62,930 nucleotides of DNA, taken from Candidatus Benthicola marisminoris. Lineage in GTDB: Bacteria > Gemmatimonadota > Gemmatimonadetes > Palauibacterales > Palauibacteraceae. Below are positions 21,336-30,137 of the stretch, piece by piece (positions within the stretch are counted from its first letter, which is position 1; each line of letters begins with the position of its first letter). The notes beneath the pieces were generated by a model. It ran no database searches, was not told where the DNA came from, and saw only the letters and a program-made list of their open reading frames with translations. Both the position numbers and the translations under genes were made by a program. The stretch spans positions 1-62,930 of the forward strand of contig JAMJQR010000033.1 of assembly GCA_023554335.1 (NCBI GenBank), given 5' to 3'.

Positions 21336-21370
21336 GGTGCGGGCCATACTCCGGGGCCCGCGCCTTTTTT
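21336..21370 (+). terminator. intrinsic terminator-like hairpin + T6 after tpiA
   Basis: 10-bp stem (21336-21345 ggtgcgggcc pairs with 21355-21364 ggcccgcgcc, one G-U), 9-nt loop, followed directly by tttttt (21365-21370). It sits 22 nt upstream of the secG start, so it may attenuate rather than end the gap-pgk-tpiA-secG unit. Confidence 0.55.
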
Positions 21371-21391
21371 GTCTTACGAGGAAGAGGACTG

Positions 21392-21793
21392 ATGTTCAAT
21401 CTACTGGTTGTGGTGATCAGCGTGGTGGCGATCCTGCTCATCCTGATCATCCTCCTTCAGTCGGGGAAAGGCGGAGGCCTCGCGGCCGAGTTCGGTGGCG
21501 CCTCGTCCTCCACGGACTCGTTCATGGGTGGGCGGCAGGCAGCCAACTTTCTGACGCGGGCCACTTGGGTCGGCGGCGGCGTCTACCTGCTTCTCGCGCT
21601 AATGCTGGCCGTGCTGTCAGCTCGGCAATCGGCTCCGCCGGAGTCCGTGCTCCGCTCGGAGTTCGGTCAACCTGCTGCGCCGCCCAGCTCCATTCTGGAG
21701 ACCGAGGGACAGGAGCCTCAGGCGAATCCGGTGCCCGTTCAGACGCCCGAGGGGCAGGGATCGGGAGCGGAAGAGCCGCCGGACGGCGAGTAG
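21392..21793 (+). CDS. secG: preprotein translocase subunit SecG (with long low-complexity C-terminal tail)
   Basis: MFNLLVVVISVVAILLILIILLQSGKGGGL is a typical SecG N-terminus, followed by a second TM segment. About 55 extra Pro/Glu/Gln-rich residues at the C-terminus. Confidence 0.88.
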   Translation: MFNLLVVVISVVAILLILIILLQSGKGGGLAAEFGGASSSTDSFMGGRQAANFLTRATWVGGGVYLLLALMLAVLSARQSAPPESVLRSEFGQPAAPPSSILETEGQEPQANPVPVQTPEGQGSGAEEPPDGE

Positions 21794-21803
21794 CCTGGTA
21801 ACG

Positions 21804-22406
21804 TCAGGATCCCGCGGGGGGCGCGGGGTCCGGAGCGAACGGCGCATCGGGAGGCAGATCCAGGTAGTCGAGGAAGTGACCTGCGTCCACCTGCTCCCCC
21901 AACCAGGCGTCGAAGCCCGAAGGCAAGAGATCTCTCGGCGCCTTCCCGGCCCTCGCGGTGCTCGTGGCCAGGAAGTTCGCGTATTCGTTCTTGGGGTGAT
22001 CCGCGTGTCCGCGTACCCACCTCCACTCCACCTGGTGCCGGGCCGCGACCTCGACGAGTTCCCGCCACAGTGAGAGATTCTCGATCGGACCGCCCTTTCT
22101 GCGCCAGCCGCGGCGTGACCAGCCGTGCACCCACTCCTTCATGCCCCGAACCAGGTACTGGCTATCGGAGGTGAACACGACGTCACACGGCTTCCGAAGG
22201 GCGGAGAGCCCCAGGATCCCGGAGACGAGCGCCATGCGGTTGTTGGTCGTGTCCGGGTCGAACGCGGCGAAGTCCCTTCGATACCACCCCTTTCGCTCGT
22301 CGAATCGCTCGAGGAGGCCGGCGGCAGCCCCTGGCCGGGGAACGTCCTGGCGCTGGTTGCCGAGACATGATTCGTCGGCGTAGATATACACGAGTTGGCG
22401 GGGCAT
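21804..22406 (-). CDS. rnhA: ribonuclease HI (with ~45-aa C-terminal extension)
   Basis: VYIYADESCLGN, TSDSQY and WRWVRGHADHPKNEYA match the RNase H DEDD core. Start set at ATG 22406 (GGAG 4 nt upstream). The track ORF runs to 22469. Confidence 0.88.
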   Translation of the reverse strand: MPRQLVYIYADESCLGNQRQDVPRPGAAAGLLERFDERKGWYRRDFAAFDPDTTNNRMALVSGILGLSALRKPCDVVFTSDSQYLVRGMKEWVHGWSRRGWRRKGGPIENLSLWRELVEVAARHQVEWRWVRGHADHPKNEYANFLATSTARAGKAPRDLLPSGFDAWLGEQVDAGHFLDYLDLPPDAPFAPDPAPPAGS

Positions 22407-22428
22407 GGCGCTCCACATCCGGTGACGG

Positions 22429-23589
22429 GTGACTGGCGACCTCCAATTGGACTCTAACGTGACACTCACGCAAGATCTCGATGGCTACCTTCTCGTGGAG
22501 GACGGACGCTCCTGGACGGGTAAGCTGGCCGGGGCCCGGATGGAGGCAGCCGGCGAGGTCGTCTTCACGACGAATCTCACCGGGTACCAGGAAGTGCTCA
22601 CCGACCCCTCGTTCGCGGGGCAGATCGTCGTCATGACGGCCCCGATGATCGGCAATTATGGCGTCAATCCCGGCGACGAGCAGGCGGGCAAGCCCTGGGT
22701 GTCCGGTTTCGTCGTTCGAGAGCTCTCGAGAATGACCACGGGGTGGCGGGCGCGGGGGTCGTTGGAGGACTATCTCGTCCGACATCAGATCGTGGTGCTG
22801 GACGGGGCCGACACGAGGGCCATCACGAGGCACGTAAGGGAGTGGGGTGCGATGCGCTCGATGATCGTGCCTTCGGCTGTCCCGGAAGAGGATGCGCTGC
22901 AGCGCCTTCTAGAGTCGCCCGGGATGGAGGGGCTCGATCTGGCCTCTACGGTATCGACCGTGAAAGCCTACGAGGTCCCCGCGCATGGGCCCGAGAAGGG
23001 TACGGTGGTCTGCCTGGACTACGGGGTGAAGCGCCGAAGCCTCGAGTTGATCGCAGCCGAGGGCTATCGCGTCACGGTCCTGCCTTCGACGGCCGACCTG
23101 GCCAACATCCTGCAGCGCAGCCCCGACGGCGTTTTCGTTTCCAATGGGCCCGGGGATCCGGCCGCAGTGCCCGCGGCGGCCGACGTGATACGCGCGGTTA
23201 GTGATGCCGGGATACCGGTGTTCGGCATCTGCCTCGGGTGCCAGCTGATCGCCAGGGCATTCGGAGGAAGAACGTTCAAGCTCCCCTATGGCCACAGGGG
23301 AGGGAACCACCCCGTGCGCAATCTCGAGACCGGGGCCGTTGAGATCACGTCGCAGAATCACGGATTTGCCATCGAAGCGAATGGGTCGTCCGCGGCGGGT
23401 GCGGACGACCTCAGGGTGACGCATCTCAACCTCAACGACGGCACCGTCGAGGGCCTCTCCCACGCGGCACGGCCGGTGTTTGCCGTTCAGTACCACCCTG
23501 AGGCGGCACCCGGCCCGCACGACAGTCGATACCTCTTCCGACGCTTCGTCGATGCGATGGACGCAACTTCCTTTGTTCCAACCGGTTGA
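22429..23589 (+). CDS. carA: carbamoyl-phosphate synthase small (glutaminase) subunit
   Basis: LLVEDG...GEVVFTTNLTGYQEVLTDPS N-domain and class I GATase triad region FGICLGCQL / QYHPEA. The start is uncertain (GTG 22429, TTG 22447 or GTG 22459) and none has a clear SD. No carB adjacent. Confidence 0.93.
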   Translation: MTGDLQLDSNVTLTQDLDGYLLVEDGRSWTGKLAGARMEAAGEVVFTTNLTGYQEVLTDPSFAGQIVVMTAPMIGNYGVNPGDEQAGKPWVSGFVVRELSRMTTGWRARGSLEDYLVRHQIVVLDGADTRAITRHVREWGAMRSMIVPSAVPEEDALQRLLESPGMEGLDLASTVSTVKAYEVPAHGPEKGTVVCLDYGVKRRSLELIAAEGYRVTVLPSTADLANILQRSPDGVFVSNGPGDPAAVPAAADVIRAVSDAGIPVFGICLGCQLIARAFGGRTFKLPYGHRGGNHPVRNLETGAVEITSQNHGFAIEANGSSAAGADDLRVTHLNLNDGTVEGLSHAARPVFAVQYHPEAAPGPHDSRYLFRRFVDAMDATSFVPTG

Positions 23590-23714
23590 CACGGTTTCCA
23601 CCGCGATACTAGTTTCATCCTGCCTGTAGCCGTCGGAGCAGGGTGGAGTCCACCCGTGATTCCGGCCGCTTCCAGTTCTAGGCAGCTTATCTCCGTACTC
23701 GGGAGCCACTTAGC

Positions 23715-24611
23715 GTGCAGCGCCGCACGACGGTTCTCAGCATTGTTCTTCTCCTAGCGTTCTTCGCTATCGGTTCCGCCGTCGTCCTGCGCCTCATTCT
23801 CGGAGGTTCCGCGCCTCTGATGTCGGGCGATCGCATCGCAGTGATACCCGTATATGGCCTGATCGAGTCGGACGCCTCCTTCAGTCGGAGTCTCAGCAGG
23901 TTCCGCGAGGACGCCACGGTTCGGGGGTTCGTGATCGAGATTCGATCCCCTGGGGGCACGGCGGGAACCGCGCAGAGCATGTATTCGGAGTTGGCACGGC
24001 TGCGAGACGATGATGACCGGCCGGTCGTGGCCTGGATCGGAGAGGTGGGAGCTTCAGGCGGATACTACATCGCACTGGGAGCAGACAGCATTCTGGCCCT
24101 GCCCAGCTCCATCACGGGCTCGATCGGGGTGATCATGCAGTTCCCCAACGCCGAGGAGTTTCTCCGCAAGGCGGGCGTCGGTCTCGAAGTCGTCAAGAGC
24201 GGCGAAATGAAGGATCTTGGCTCCCCGGTCCGGGACCTCACGGAGGACGAGCGGGCGATGGTCCAGGAGCTCGTGGACGACGTGTACGAGCAGTTTGTCT
24301 CGGCCGTCAGCACGAACCGTGCGCTCGATGCCGACAGCGTGCGCGTCCTTGCGGATGGTCGGGTGATGTCGGGCGCGCGGGCGGCGGAGGCGGGTCTCGT
24401 GGATCGAACGGCGACCCTCCAGGAAGCGCTCGACCTCGCGGGCGAGATGTCGGGCCTGGGAGAGCGCCCCCGTACCGTGAGGCCTTCCGAGCGAAGAGTC
24501 GGGCTCTGGGAGCTGCTGTGGGGAATCGAGGAGACCAGGCTGCATTCGGTGATCACGCGTGTCCTGGATCGATCGCTGATCGGTCCACGGCTCCGCTATC
24601 AGTGGCCGTGA
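23715..24611 (+). CDS. sppA: signal peptide peptidase SppA, 36K type
   Basis: N-terminal TM segment, then ClpP/crotonase-like S49 domain with GASGGYYIA. GTG start 9 nt after GGGAG. Confidence 0.9.
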   Translation: MQRRTTVLSIVLLLAFFAIGSAVVLRLILGGSAPLMSGDRIAVIPVYGLIESDASFSRSLSRFREDATVRGFVIEIRSPGGTAGTAQSMYSELARLRDDDDRPVVAWIGEVGASGGYYIALGADSILALPSSITGSIGVIMQFPNAEEFLRKAGVGLEVVKSGEMKDLGSPVRDLTEDERAMVQELVDDVYEQFVSAVSTNRALDADSVRVLADGRVMSGARAAEAGLVDRTATLQEALDLAGEMSGLGERPRTVRPSERRVGLWELLWGIEETRLHSVITRVLDRSLIGPRLRYQWP

Positions 24612-24668
24612 CGTACGTAAGGATGAAGAGGCTGGCCGGATCCACTACCACCGGCAAGGGAGATTCAC

Positions 24669-24956
24669 ATGACCAAAGCTGATCTCGTCGAACAGGTTCA
24701 TGAGGCAATCGGGCCGGGTGTCACGAAGAAGGACTGCGCTGCCGTGATCGACGCCTTCCTCAACGCGGTGAAGAGGGCGATCGCCAACGGCGACCACATC
24801 GAGATCCGCGGTTTCGGTACGTTCAAGGTCCGAAATCGCAGGCCCAGAATCGCCCGTAACCCGCGGACGGGCGAATCTGTGACGGTCCCGGCGCGGGCGG
24901 TGCCGATCTTCAAGCCGTCCCGTCTGTTCAAGAAGGAAGTGGAAGAGGCTCTCTAG
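24669..24956 (+). CDS. ihfB: HU/IHF-family DNA-binding protein (IHF beta-like)
   Basis: 95 aa with IEIRGFGTFKV, RNPRTGE and PIFKPS arm motifs. The assignment to IHF-beta rather than HU is tentative. Confidence 0.85.
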   Translation: MTKADLVEQVHEAIGPGVTKKDCAAVIDAFLNAVKRAIANGDHIEIRGFGTFKVRNRRPRIARNPRTGESVTVPARAVPIFKPSRLFKKEVEEAL

Positions 24957-24965
24957 TAGGGCAGG

Positions 24966-24998
24966 GCTGCGGTCACGTCCCGCCGACGTGACCGCAGC
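24966..24998. terminator. perfect 14-bp hairpin between convergent genes (bidirectional terminator candidate)
   Basis: gctgcggtcacgtc (24966-24979), loop ccgcc, then gacgtgaccgcagc (24985-24998). It lies between stops at 24956 (+) and 25005 (-). No U-tract. Confidence 0.55.
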
Positions 24999-25004
24999 GA
25001 CCGG

Positions 25005-26165
25005 TCAGGAGAAGAAGGTCCGGATGCGGGCAAGACCCTCTTCGAGCTCCTCGTCTGAGACCGCGTAGTTGAGGCGAAGGAAGCCCGGAGTGCCGAATGG
25101 CTCGCCCGGAACGCTAGCCACGCCGCCCTTTACCAGCAGCTGCTCGGCCACGGTCATGGAGTCCGTGGTTCCGGTGAGGCGGACGAAGAGGTAGATGGCG
25201 CCGGACGGCGTCCGACACTCGATCCCCGGCACCCCCGTGAGAGACTCTACAGCGAGGTCCCGCCGCCGCCGGAGAACCTCCCGGAACTCCCCGACGATCT
25301 GATCCCGTTCCTCGGCTGCGATGACCCCGAGTGCGGCGTGCTGAGAGGGAGCCGCGGCGCCGGACGTGGTCTGACTCTGAAGCGCCGACATCTTGCCGAT
25401 CACCGCTTCCGGGCCCACAGCGTATCCGATACGCCAGCCGGGCATGCTGAACGCCTTGGAGATCCCGTCCAGGTGGAGCACCCGGGACGCTTCGTGTGGC
25501 ACGTCGAACGCGGACGTCGCCGAGTCCCCGCCATAGTAGAGGCGCCGGTAGATCTCGTCCGAAACCACCCAGAGGTCGCGCTCCCCCGCCCAGGTCAGGA
25601 TCTCAGCCATCAGTTCCCGGCTGTACGTCTCACCATTCGGGTTGCCCGGCGAGTTCAGAAACAGGCCCCGCGTGGCCGGTGTCGCCAGTCGGTCCAGGTC
25701 GGTAACGTCAAGCTGGAAGCCAGTCTCCCAGGAGGTCGGAATCACGACCGGAGAGGCCCCGGCCAGCTTGAGGACCGCCAGGTACGTGGGCCAGTAAGGG
25801 GCGGGAACGAGTACCTCATCGCCCGGCTGGAACAGGCAGTACGTCGCATTGAATAGCGCCTGCTTTACCCCTGCCGAGATCAACACGTTCGGCGGTGCCG
25901 CGCTGCCGAGGCTCGTGCTCTGGTTCACGTATTCGGCCACGGCCGCGCGCAGGTCCGGGATGCCCGGTGTAGGAGGATACCCGGACTTACCGCTACCGAC
26001 GAAATCGCTGCCGGCACGGATGCCGACCTGCGGGGTGGGGAACGATGGTTCCCCCGCGGACAGGTCGATGACGGACTCTCCGGCCGCCTTCATCTGCTTG
26101 GCCCGGGCGCTGATCGCGAGTGTGGCCGAGGGTACGAGGGAGGCGATGTTCTTGGAGAACCGCAT
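25005..26165 (-). CDS. class I pyridoxal-phosphate-dependent aminotransferase (aspartate aminotransferase-like)
   Basis: 386 aa from MRFSKNIASLVPSATLAI..., with the PLP-lysine region SKAFSMPGWRIGY. GGGGAG lies 6 nt upstream of ATG 26165. The track ORF extends to 26768, which is implausible. Confidence 0.9.
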   Translation of the reverse strand: MRFSKNIASLVPSATLAISARAKQMKAAGESVIDLSAGEPSFPTPQVGIRAGSDFVGSGKSGYPPTPGIPDLRAAVAEYVNQSTSLGSAAPPNVLISAGVKQALFNATYCLFQPGDEVLVPAPYWPTYLAVLKLAGASPVVIPTSWETGFQLDVTDLDRLATPATRGLFLNSPGNPNGETYSRELMAEILTWAGERDLWVVSDEIYRRLYYGGDSATSAFDVPHEASRVLHLDGISKAFSMPGWRIGYAVGPEAVIGKMSALQSQTTSGAAAPSQHAALGVIAAEERDQIVGEFREVLRRRRDLAVESLTGVPGIECRTPSGAIYLFVRLTGTTDSMTVAEQLLVKGGVASVPGEPFGTPGFLRLNYAVSDEELEEGLARIRTFFS

Positions 26166-26319
26166 GTGGAACTCCCCAAGTCGGGGTGATTGTTGGAGCT
26201 TCGCCCGCACACTACTTTCGACGCATCGTGCCGTTGGGGTGGCGTGACCAAGCTCCACGGACGCGGATGTTATTGGCGGCGCCCGGACGGCGTCAAGATT
26301 GGCAGATCGAGAGCGTTTG

Positions 26320-26592
26320 ATGATTACGCAGACCACCACGCAGCTGGCTCCCGCACAGGTCCTGGAGGGCGCCCGACGCTTCTTCACCGCGCGCGACTCG
26401 CTCGATTCCGCGACGGTCGTGGACGAGAGCGATCGGCACGTGACGCTGGCCACATTCCGCAGCCGTCTGGCGATTTCCGCCTGGGTCGAAGAAGGGGCGG
26501 AGGAGACGCAGGTGAGGGTGAGCACTCTCAGGCGCAGCGATTCCGTAGGCAAGTTCCTTTCGTGGCTCCGAACCCAGGCTCCGGTCGGGTGA
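26320..26592 (+). CDS. hypothetical protein (90 aa) translationally coupled to moaD
   Basis: MITQTTTQLAPAQVLEGARRFFTARDS...FLSWLRTQAPVG. No family recognised. Its TGA overlaps the GTG of the MoaD frame (GTGA at 26589-26592). Coding-like GC3. Confidence 0.55.
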   Translation: MITQTTTQLAPAQVLEGARRFFTARDSLDSATVVDESDRHVTLATFRSRLAISAWVEEGAEETQVRVSTLRRSDSVGKFLSWLRTQAPVG

Positions 26593-26843
26593 CGGAGGGG
26601 TTCGAAGTCACCGTGCTCCTGTTCGGCCGGCACCGGGAACTGGCTGGCGAATCGGCTCTGAGCGTGTCTCTGGCGGAAGGCGCCACGGTCCGTCACATCC
26701 GGGAGGCGCTGGATGAACACCCGGCGCTCACTGGCCTGGCGGGAACTGCGGCCATCGCACTCAATCACCGATACGAGCCTGATGACTCGCCGGTGACCCG
26801 GGGCGACGAGATCGCCCTGATTCCACCCGTGGCGGGCGGGTGA
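26589..26843 (+). CDS. moaD: molybdopterin synthase sulfur-carrier subunit MoaD
   Basis: About 84 aa of ubiquitin-like fold sequence ending in the diagnostic C-terminal Gly-Gly (IPPVAGG). Directly followed by moaE with a GTGA overlap. The exact start (GTG 26589) is tentative. Confidence 0.85.
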   Translation: MTEGFEVTVLLFGRHRELAGESALSVSLAEGATVRHIREALDEHPALTGLAGTAAIALNHRYEPDDSPVTRGDEIALIPPVAGG

Positions 26844-27325
26844 CAGTCGAACGCGGCGCAGCCGGCGGCGTGATCGTGGCGGACGTCACCGAGGAGCCAC
26901 TCAATGGCGCCGACCTGCTGGGGCTCGTGGGGCGGGAGTCGGACGGGGCGGTGCTCCTGTTCGAGGGCAGGGTTCGGGACCACAACCACGGCCGTTCGGT
27001 CTCTTGCCTGCACTACGAGGCGTACCACGGCATGGCCGATCGCGTCCTGCGTGATATCGCCGGAGAGGCGCTGAGCCGGACGGGTGCTTCGGCGATCGGA
27101 GTGCGGCACCGGGTGGGCAGTCTCGAGCCGCCGACCGTCAGCCTCGTCGTGGCCGTGGCTGCGCCGCATCGGCGACCGGCCTATGACGCTTCGACCTACG
27201 TCATCGAGGAGCTGAAGAAACGGCTGCCCCTGTGGAAGCGAGAGGAGTACGCGGATGGTACGAGTCGTTGGCTGGGTGGACATTCGCCTTCGACCCCGGA
27301 CGCGCCGGCTGCCGTGGACGAGTGA
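26840..27325 (+). CDS. moaE: molybdopterin synthase catalytic subunit MoaE
   Basis: LHYEAY and HRRPAYDASTYVIEELKKRLPLWKRE motifs. Confidence 0.92.
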   Translation: MTVERGAAGGVIVADVTEEPLNGADLLGLVGRESDGAVLLFEGRVRDHNHGRSVSCLHYEAYHGMADRVLRDIAGEALSRTGASAIGVRHRVGSLEPPTVSLVVAVAAPHRRPAYDASTYVIEELKKRLPLWKREEYADGTSRWLGGHSPSTPDAPAAVDE

Positions 27326-27331
27326 GGTCGC

Positions 27332-28339
27332 GTGAGCGATAGCGCCCCGGGGGCCGGAATGCGCGACCAGTTCGGGCGGACGATCGATTACCTGAGGATC
27401 TCCGTGACGGACAAGTGCAACCTTCGCTGCACCTATTGCATGCCGGTGGAGGGCCTCGACTGGATCCCCCGTGACGAGTTCCTCACCTACGAGGAAATTA
27501 CGTCGGTGGTGCGACAGATGGCGGATGTCGGACTCCGTCGCATCCGCCTGACGGGCGGGGAGCCTCTCGTCCGGCGCGACCTCCCCGACCTCGTGCACTT
27601 GCTCGCGGGCGTACCGGGTATCGAGGACATCGCCTTATCCACCAACGCGATTCTGCTGCCGCAGTTCGGGCGCGAGCTCCGGGACGCGGGCGTGCGGCGG
27701 TTGAACGTCAGCCTGGACACGCTGCGTCGTGAACGCTTCCGTGACATGGCGAGACGTCCGGAGCGGTTCTTCGACGCGACGCTGGAGGGGATCGCCGAGG
27801 CGGAGCGGCTCGGATTCGCTCCACTGAAGATCAACACGGTCCTCATGCGCGGCCTGAACGACGACGAGGTGGAGAGCTTCGCCGAGATCACGAAGATGCG
27901 GCCCTGGCACGTGCGCTTCATCGAGCTGATGCCCACGGGCGACAACCTCCATCTCTCAGATCGGTTCCTTTCCACGGATTCGGTCCTCGAGCGGCTCCGC
28001 CGGATCGGCGATCTTCGACCGGCTCAGGGTCCTATGGGCAACGGACCGGCGACCTACTTCCGGTTCGATGGAGCGCCAGGCTCCGTGGGAGTGATCACGC
28101 CGCTGTCGCACAATTACTGTGACCGCTGCAACCGGATGCGGCTGACCGCCGAGGGCAAGCTCAGAACCTGCCTCTTCGGCACCCACGAGGTCGACCTCAA
28201 AGGTCCGCTCCGCTCGGGCGGCGACGTCATGCAGGCGGTCCGCCGGGCGCTGCGGGAGAAGCCCGAGAAGCACCTCCTGCAGATCGGAAGTGCGAAGGGA
28301 AGTGGTGGTTTGAGAGCCCTCAGCCAGGTCGGAGGCTGA
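27332..28339 (+). CDS. moaA: GTP 3',8-cyclase MoaA (radical SAM)
   Basis: CNLRCTYCMP radical-SAM cluster motif, C-terminal second cluster CDRCNRMRLTAEGKLRTCL, and a terminal GG. Confidence 0.95.
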   Translation: MSDSAPGAGMRDQFGRTIDYLRISVTDKCNLRCTYCMPVEGLDWIPRDEFLTYEEITSVVRQMADVGLRRIRLTGGEPLVRRDLPDLVHLLAGVPGIEDIALSTNAILLPQFGRELRDAGVRRLNVSLDTLRRERFRDMARRPERFFDATLEGIAEAERLGFAPLKINTVLMRGLNDDEVESFAEITKMRPWHVRFIELMPTGDNLHLSDRFLSTDSVLERLRRIGDLRPAQGPMGNGPATYFRFDGAPGSVGVITPLSHNYCDRCNRMRLTAEGKLRTCLFGTHEVDLKGPLRSGGDVMQAVRRALREKPEKHLLQIGSAKGSGGLRALSQVGG

Positions 28340-28473
28340 GCCCGCAAGGGCCGGTTGCGCTTCGACGTAGGCGAAGTAGGTTGGGCCGGGGAGGACCGGG
28401 GGCGCGTCCCCCAGCGCGTCCGACCTTCCGCGACATTCTCCAATCCACCTCATCCACTCAAGGACGGCTCATC

Positions 28474-29400
28474 GTGGATAAGATCACCGTAGTAGGGGCC
28501 GGACACGTCGGTGCGACGGCGGCACAGCGGATCGCGGAACGCGAGCTAGCTCGCGAGGTCGTGCTCGTCGACATCCTGGAAGGCGTTCCGCAGGGCAAGG
28601 CACTGGATCAGTGGGAATCGGCTCCCGTCGAGGGATTCGACACCATGGTTACGGGTGCACAGGGCTACGAGGAGACGGCCGGTTCGGGCGTTTACGTGAT
28701 CACGGCCGGACTCGCGCGCAAGCCCGGAATGAGCCGGGACGACCTGGTGCAGAAGAACACGGCCATCATCAGCAGCGTTGCCGAGCAGATCGCCCGCTAC
28801 AGCCCTGACTCCATCATCGTGATGGTGACGAATCCTCTCGATGTCATGGCGTACGTGGCCAAGGCCGTGACAGGCTTTCCGCGCGAGCGCGTCCTGGGCA
28901 TGGCCGGGATCCTCGACACGGCGCGCTTCAGGAGCTTCATCGCCATGGAGCTCGGCGTCAGCGTGGAGGACATTCAGGCCCTGGTGCTGGGAGGCCATGG
29001 GGACAGCATGGTTCCGATCGTCAGTACGGTCAGCGTCGGGGGCATTCCTCTCACTCAGCTGATGAGCGAAGATCGGATCGAGGCGCTGGTCAACCGGACC
29101 CGCAAGGGCGGGGGAGAGATCGTGAAGTTGCTCGGAACCGGTTCCGCCTACTACGCACCTTCCTCCGGCGCTGTCCAGATGGTGGAGGCGATCGCGAGAG
29201 ACAAGAAGCGAGTGCTTCCGTGCGCTGCCTGGCTCGAAGGGGAGTACGGACTCGACGGACTCTTCCTGGGTGTCCCGTGCAAGATCGGTGCGGGCGGCCT
29301 GGAGGCCGTGCTGGAGGTCGAGCTCTCCGGCGGCGAAACGGAAGCTCTGGGAGCATCCGCCGAGGCCGTGCGCGGCACGATGGAGCTCGTCCAGCTCTGA
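28474..29400 (+). CDS. mdh: malate dehydrogenase (LDH-like, NAD-dependent)
   Basis: KITVVGAGHVGAT Rossmann loop and ITAGLARKPGMSRDDL substrate loop. Start set at GTG 28474 to give about 308 aa. The track ORF from 28381 adds an atypical 31-aa leader. Confidence 0.93.
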   Translation: MDKITVVGAGHVGATAAQRIAERELAREVVLVDILEGVPQGKALDQWESAPVEGFDTMVTGAQGYEETAGSGVYVITAGLARKPGMSRDDLVQKNTAIISSVAEQIARYSPDSIIVMVTNPLDVMAYVAKAVTGFPRERVLGMAGILDTARFRSFIAMELGVSVEDIQALVLGGHGDSMVPIVSTVSVGGIPLTQLMSEDRIEALVNRTRKGGGEIVKLLGTGSAYYAPSSGAVQMVEAIARDKKRVLPCAAWLEGEYGLDGLFLGVPCKIGAGGLEAVLEVELSGGETEALGASAEAVRGTMELVQL

Positions 29401-29479
29401 AGCGCTCGTCGGTCGGCATCGGGAAGGCTCTGCGAATCCGGGGAGGCGGCCCGCACGGCGCGTCCCCGGCGGACCCGCG

Positions 29480-30049
29480 ATGACGTATTGGCAGTTCCTG
29501 ATCCAATGGTACAACGCGGTCTTCCTGGTCCTCGGGATGGCCGGGGTCGGTCTGGCTGTCGTGGCCCGCTCTAAGGGGCGAACGCTCTTAGTACCCGCCG
29601 CGGCCCTGGTGGTGGCTGCCGTCGTGGGCCTGACCTGGAACGGTGCAATTCACGATCTCGCGCTCGGATCCCCGGGCCCTCGCTTTCGCTATGTCTTTCC
29701 CGCCTCTCTGGTCGCTGGCTGGGTCGTTGCCCGCGTAGTGGCCCGCTTTCGGGCCAGGTACCTCCGTCCGATCGAAGCGGTGCGGTTCAATCGCCCCGGC
29801 TACGAGGGCACCGAGGCGCGACTGGTGACCCGGACCACCGGACCCCAGCCCGGCTCGGGCCGTGCCCAGTGGCAGGATGCGGAGGGCGCCCTCCACATCG
29901 TCCACGTGCACACCCGGGCGGATACCATGGGTTTCGGCCTCAGGGTGCGCCTGGAGTCCTTCGATCCCGTGACGGAGTCGTACCTGGTCACACCCCTGCC
30001 GCGCGGTCGGAAGGCGCGCCGGGGGCGGGACGTGTCGGCCCCCGTGTGA
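29480..30049 (+). CDS. membrane protein, three predicted TM helices plus NfeD/YqiJ-like C-terminal beta domain (tentative)
   Basis: From ATG 29480: MTYWQFLIQWYNAVFLVLGMAGVGLAVVA..., two further hydrophobic segments, then GTEARLVTRT...GRAQWQDAEGALHIVHVHTR...GLRVRLESFDP..YLVTPL, which resembles NfeD-type OB-fold tails. The family call is an inference. Confidence 0.65.
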   Translation: MTYWQFLIQWYNAVFLVLGMAGVGLAVVARSKGRTLLVPAAALVVAAVVGLTWNGAIHDLALGSPGPRFRYVFPASLVAGWVVARVVARFRARYLRPIEAVRFNRPGYEGTEARLVTRTTGPQPGSGRAQWQDAEGALHIVHVHTRADTMGFGLRVRLESFDPVTESYLVTPLPRGRKARRGRDVSAPV

Positions 30050-30137
30050 CCCCCGGGCCACACCGGTCGTCTCTTGGGCGAACTGCCTCGACAAGACAGG
30101 ACCGGCTCAGCCGGTCGATTCACGGGAGGATCCAGAG

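Noticed and set aside
22429-23589. carA without an adjacent carB as a possible remnant or pseudogene
   Set aside because: The ORF is full length with an intact glutaminase triad region (GICLGCQL, QYHPEA). Separated carA and carB genes are common in bacteria.
25005-26768. 587-aa version of the aminotransferase. Similar long N-terminal extensions appear on gap (17955), sucC (51110), ndk (53133), rpmF (54186) and nuoI (42080).
   Set aside because: The extensions cross intergenic regions or upstream genes and lack homology-like sequence. Internal ATG/GTG codons with SD sequences give canonical protein lengths.
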